Source: a virus. From it: a stretch of 26,259 bases of DNA. Under the pieces are notes generated by a model that saw only the letters and a program-made list of their open reading frames with translations, was not told the origin of the DNA and made no database searches. The stretch lies in the IMG/VR virus record IMGVR_UViG_2571042346_000003; one strand, written 5' to 3'. Made by a program: the position numbers and the translations under genes. This document shows positions 25,429-26,259 of this stretch, piece after piece (the stretch's first letter is position 1; each line of letters begins with the position of its first letter).

Positions 25429-26259
25429 TGAGCGGGCAATCGCATCGGGAAAGCTGCTGCGCATCGTCTTCGGATGATGTGCGGAAATACGACCTGATCA
25501 TTCTTGGCGGTGGTTCAGCGGGATTCGCCGCCGCCATTCAGGCGCATGAGTTGGGCAGGACGGTGCTGATGGTGAACGCCGAGACCCTTGGCGGCACCTG
25601 CGTCAATGTCGGCTGCGTGCCCTCCAAGACCCTGATCCGGGCCGCCGAGGCCCTGCACAAGGGAGGCCATCACGCCTTCGCCGGAATCAAGAGTGAAGCC
25701 GCGCTGGTCGATTTCGAGGCCGTTATCCGGCAGAAGGACGAACTGGTCTCGCAGCTCAGGCAGGCCAAATACATGGATGTGTTGGAGGCCTACGACCGGG
25801 TGGAACTGATCGAAGGCGACGCCAGACTGGAATCTCCCCGGACGGTGCGGGTCAACGGCGTGGTGTACGAAGCATCGAGAATCCTCGTCGCCACCGGCTC
25901 GCGTCCCTGGCTGCCGGATATTCCCGGCCTGGCCGAGAGTGACCCGCTCGACAGTACCTCGGCCTTCGAGCTGACGCGTCTGCCGGAATCAATGATCGTG
26001 CTGGGTGGGCGCTATATCGCCCTGGAGATCGCTCAGATGTTCGCGAGACTCGGAACCAGGATCACCGTGCTCCAGCGCAGCGGGCGGATTCTCCCCACCG
26101 AAGACGCGGATCTGACCGAGGCGTTGACCGGCTATCTGCGGGATGAAAGTCTGCGCATCGAAACTTCGGTTCGGGTCCACGAGGTGAGGCGTGAGGGTTC
26201 CGGCGTGGTTGTCCGCGCTCATGTCGGTGATGCGGAGCGGGAGTTTTCCGCCGAACGGA
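25428..26259 (+). CDS. merA: Mercuric reductase, partial (3' end outside the window)
   Basis: Not in the ORF track. The ATG overlaps the merTP stop (TAATG) and translates as MSGQSHRESCCASSSDDVRKYDLIILGGGSAGFAAA...LGGTCVNVGCVPSKTLIRAAE..., later IVLGGRYIALE, giving the FAD-binding and redox-disulfide motifs. Confidence 0.88.
   Translation, partial: MSGQSHRESCCASSSDDVRKYDLIILGGGSAGFAAAIQAHELGRTVLMVNAETLGGTCVNVGCVPSKTLIRAAEALHKGGHHAFAGIKSEAALVDFEAVIRQKDELVSQLRQAKYMDVLEAYDRVELIEGDARLESPRTVRVNGVVYEASRILVATGSRPWLPDIPGLAESDPLDSTSAFELTRLPESMIVLGGRYIALEIAQMFARLGTRITVLQRSGRILPTEDADLTEALTGYLRDESLRIETSVRVHEVRREGSGVVVRAHVGDAEREFSAER

Noticed and set aside
1-26259. CRISPR array, tRNA/rRNA gene, integrase or transposase
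   Set aside because: None was detected by eye; mobility is inferred only from gene content.

Overview
The window looks like the cargo region of a mobile island and has three blocks. (1) A roughly 20.9 kb minus-strand string of 11 tightly coupled genes behind a near-consensus sigma70 promoter: excisionase-like HTH, SNF2 helicase, GxxExxY nuclease-like protein, Type III-like Mod, Type III-like Res, Sir2, HerA, SbcD, SbcC, DUF262/DUF1524 (GmrSD-like) and a Ca2+/Na+ antiporter. It reads as a layered anti-phage defence operon. (2) A GC-rich minus-strand four-gene cluster: amidoligase, DUF5049-like protein, class II glutamine amidotransferase and gamma-glutamylcyclotransferase. (3) A plus-strand mercury resistance operon (merR, merTP fusion, merA cut by the window edge) with a recognisable MerR operator. 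The most unusual signals are Sir2-HerA coupled directly to SbcD-SbcC (the archaeal herA-mre11-rad50 order), a GxxExxY gene bracketed by 30-bp terminal inverted repeats, an AT-rich target-recognition segment inside Mod, and a 20-bp motif in inverted orientation at both ends of the 24 kb minus-strand region. No integrase, tRNA or CRISPR array was seen. All family calls come from reading motifs, not from database searches.
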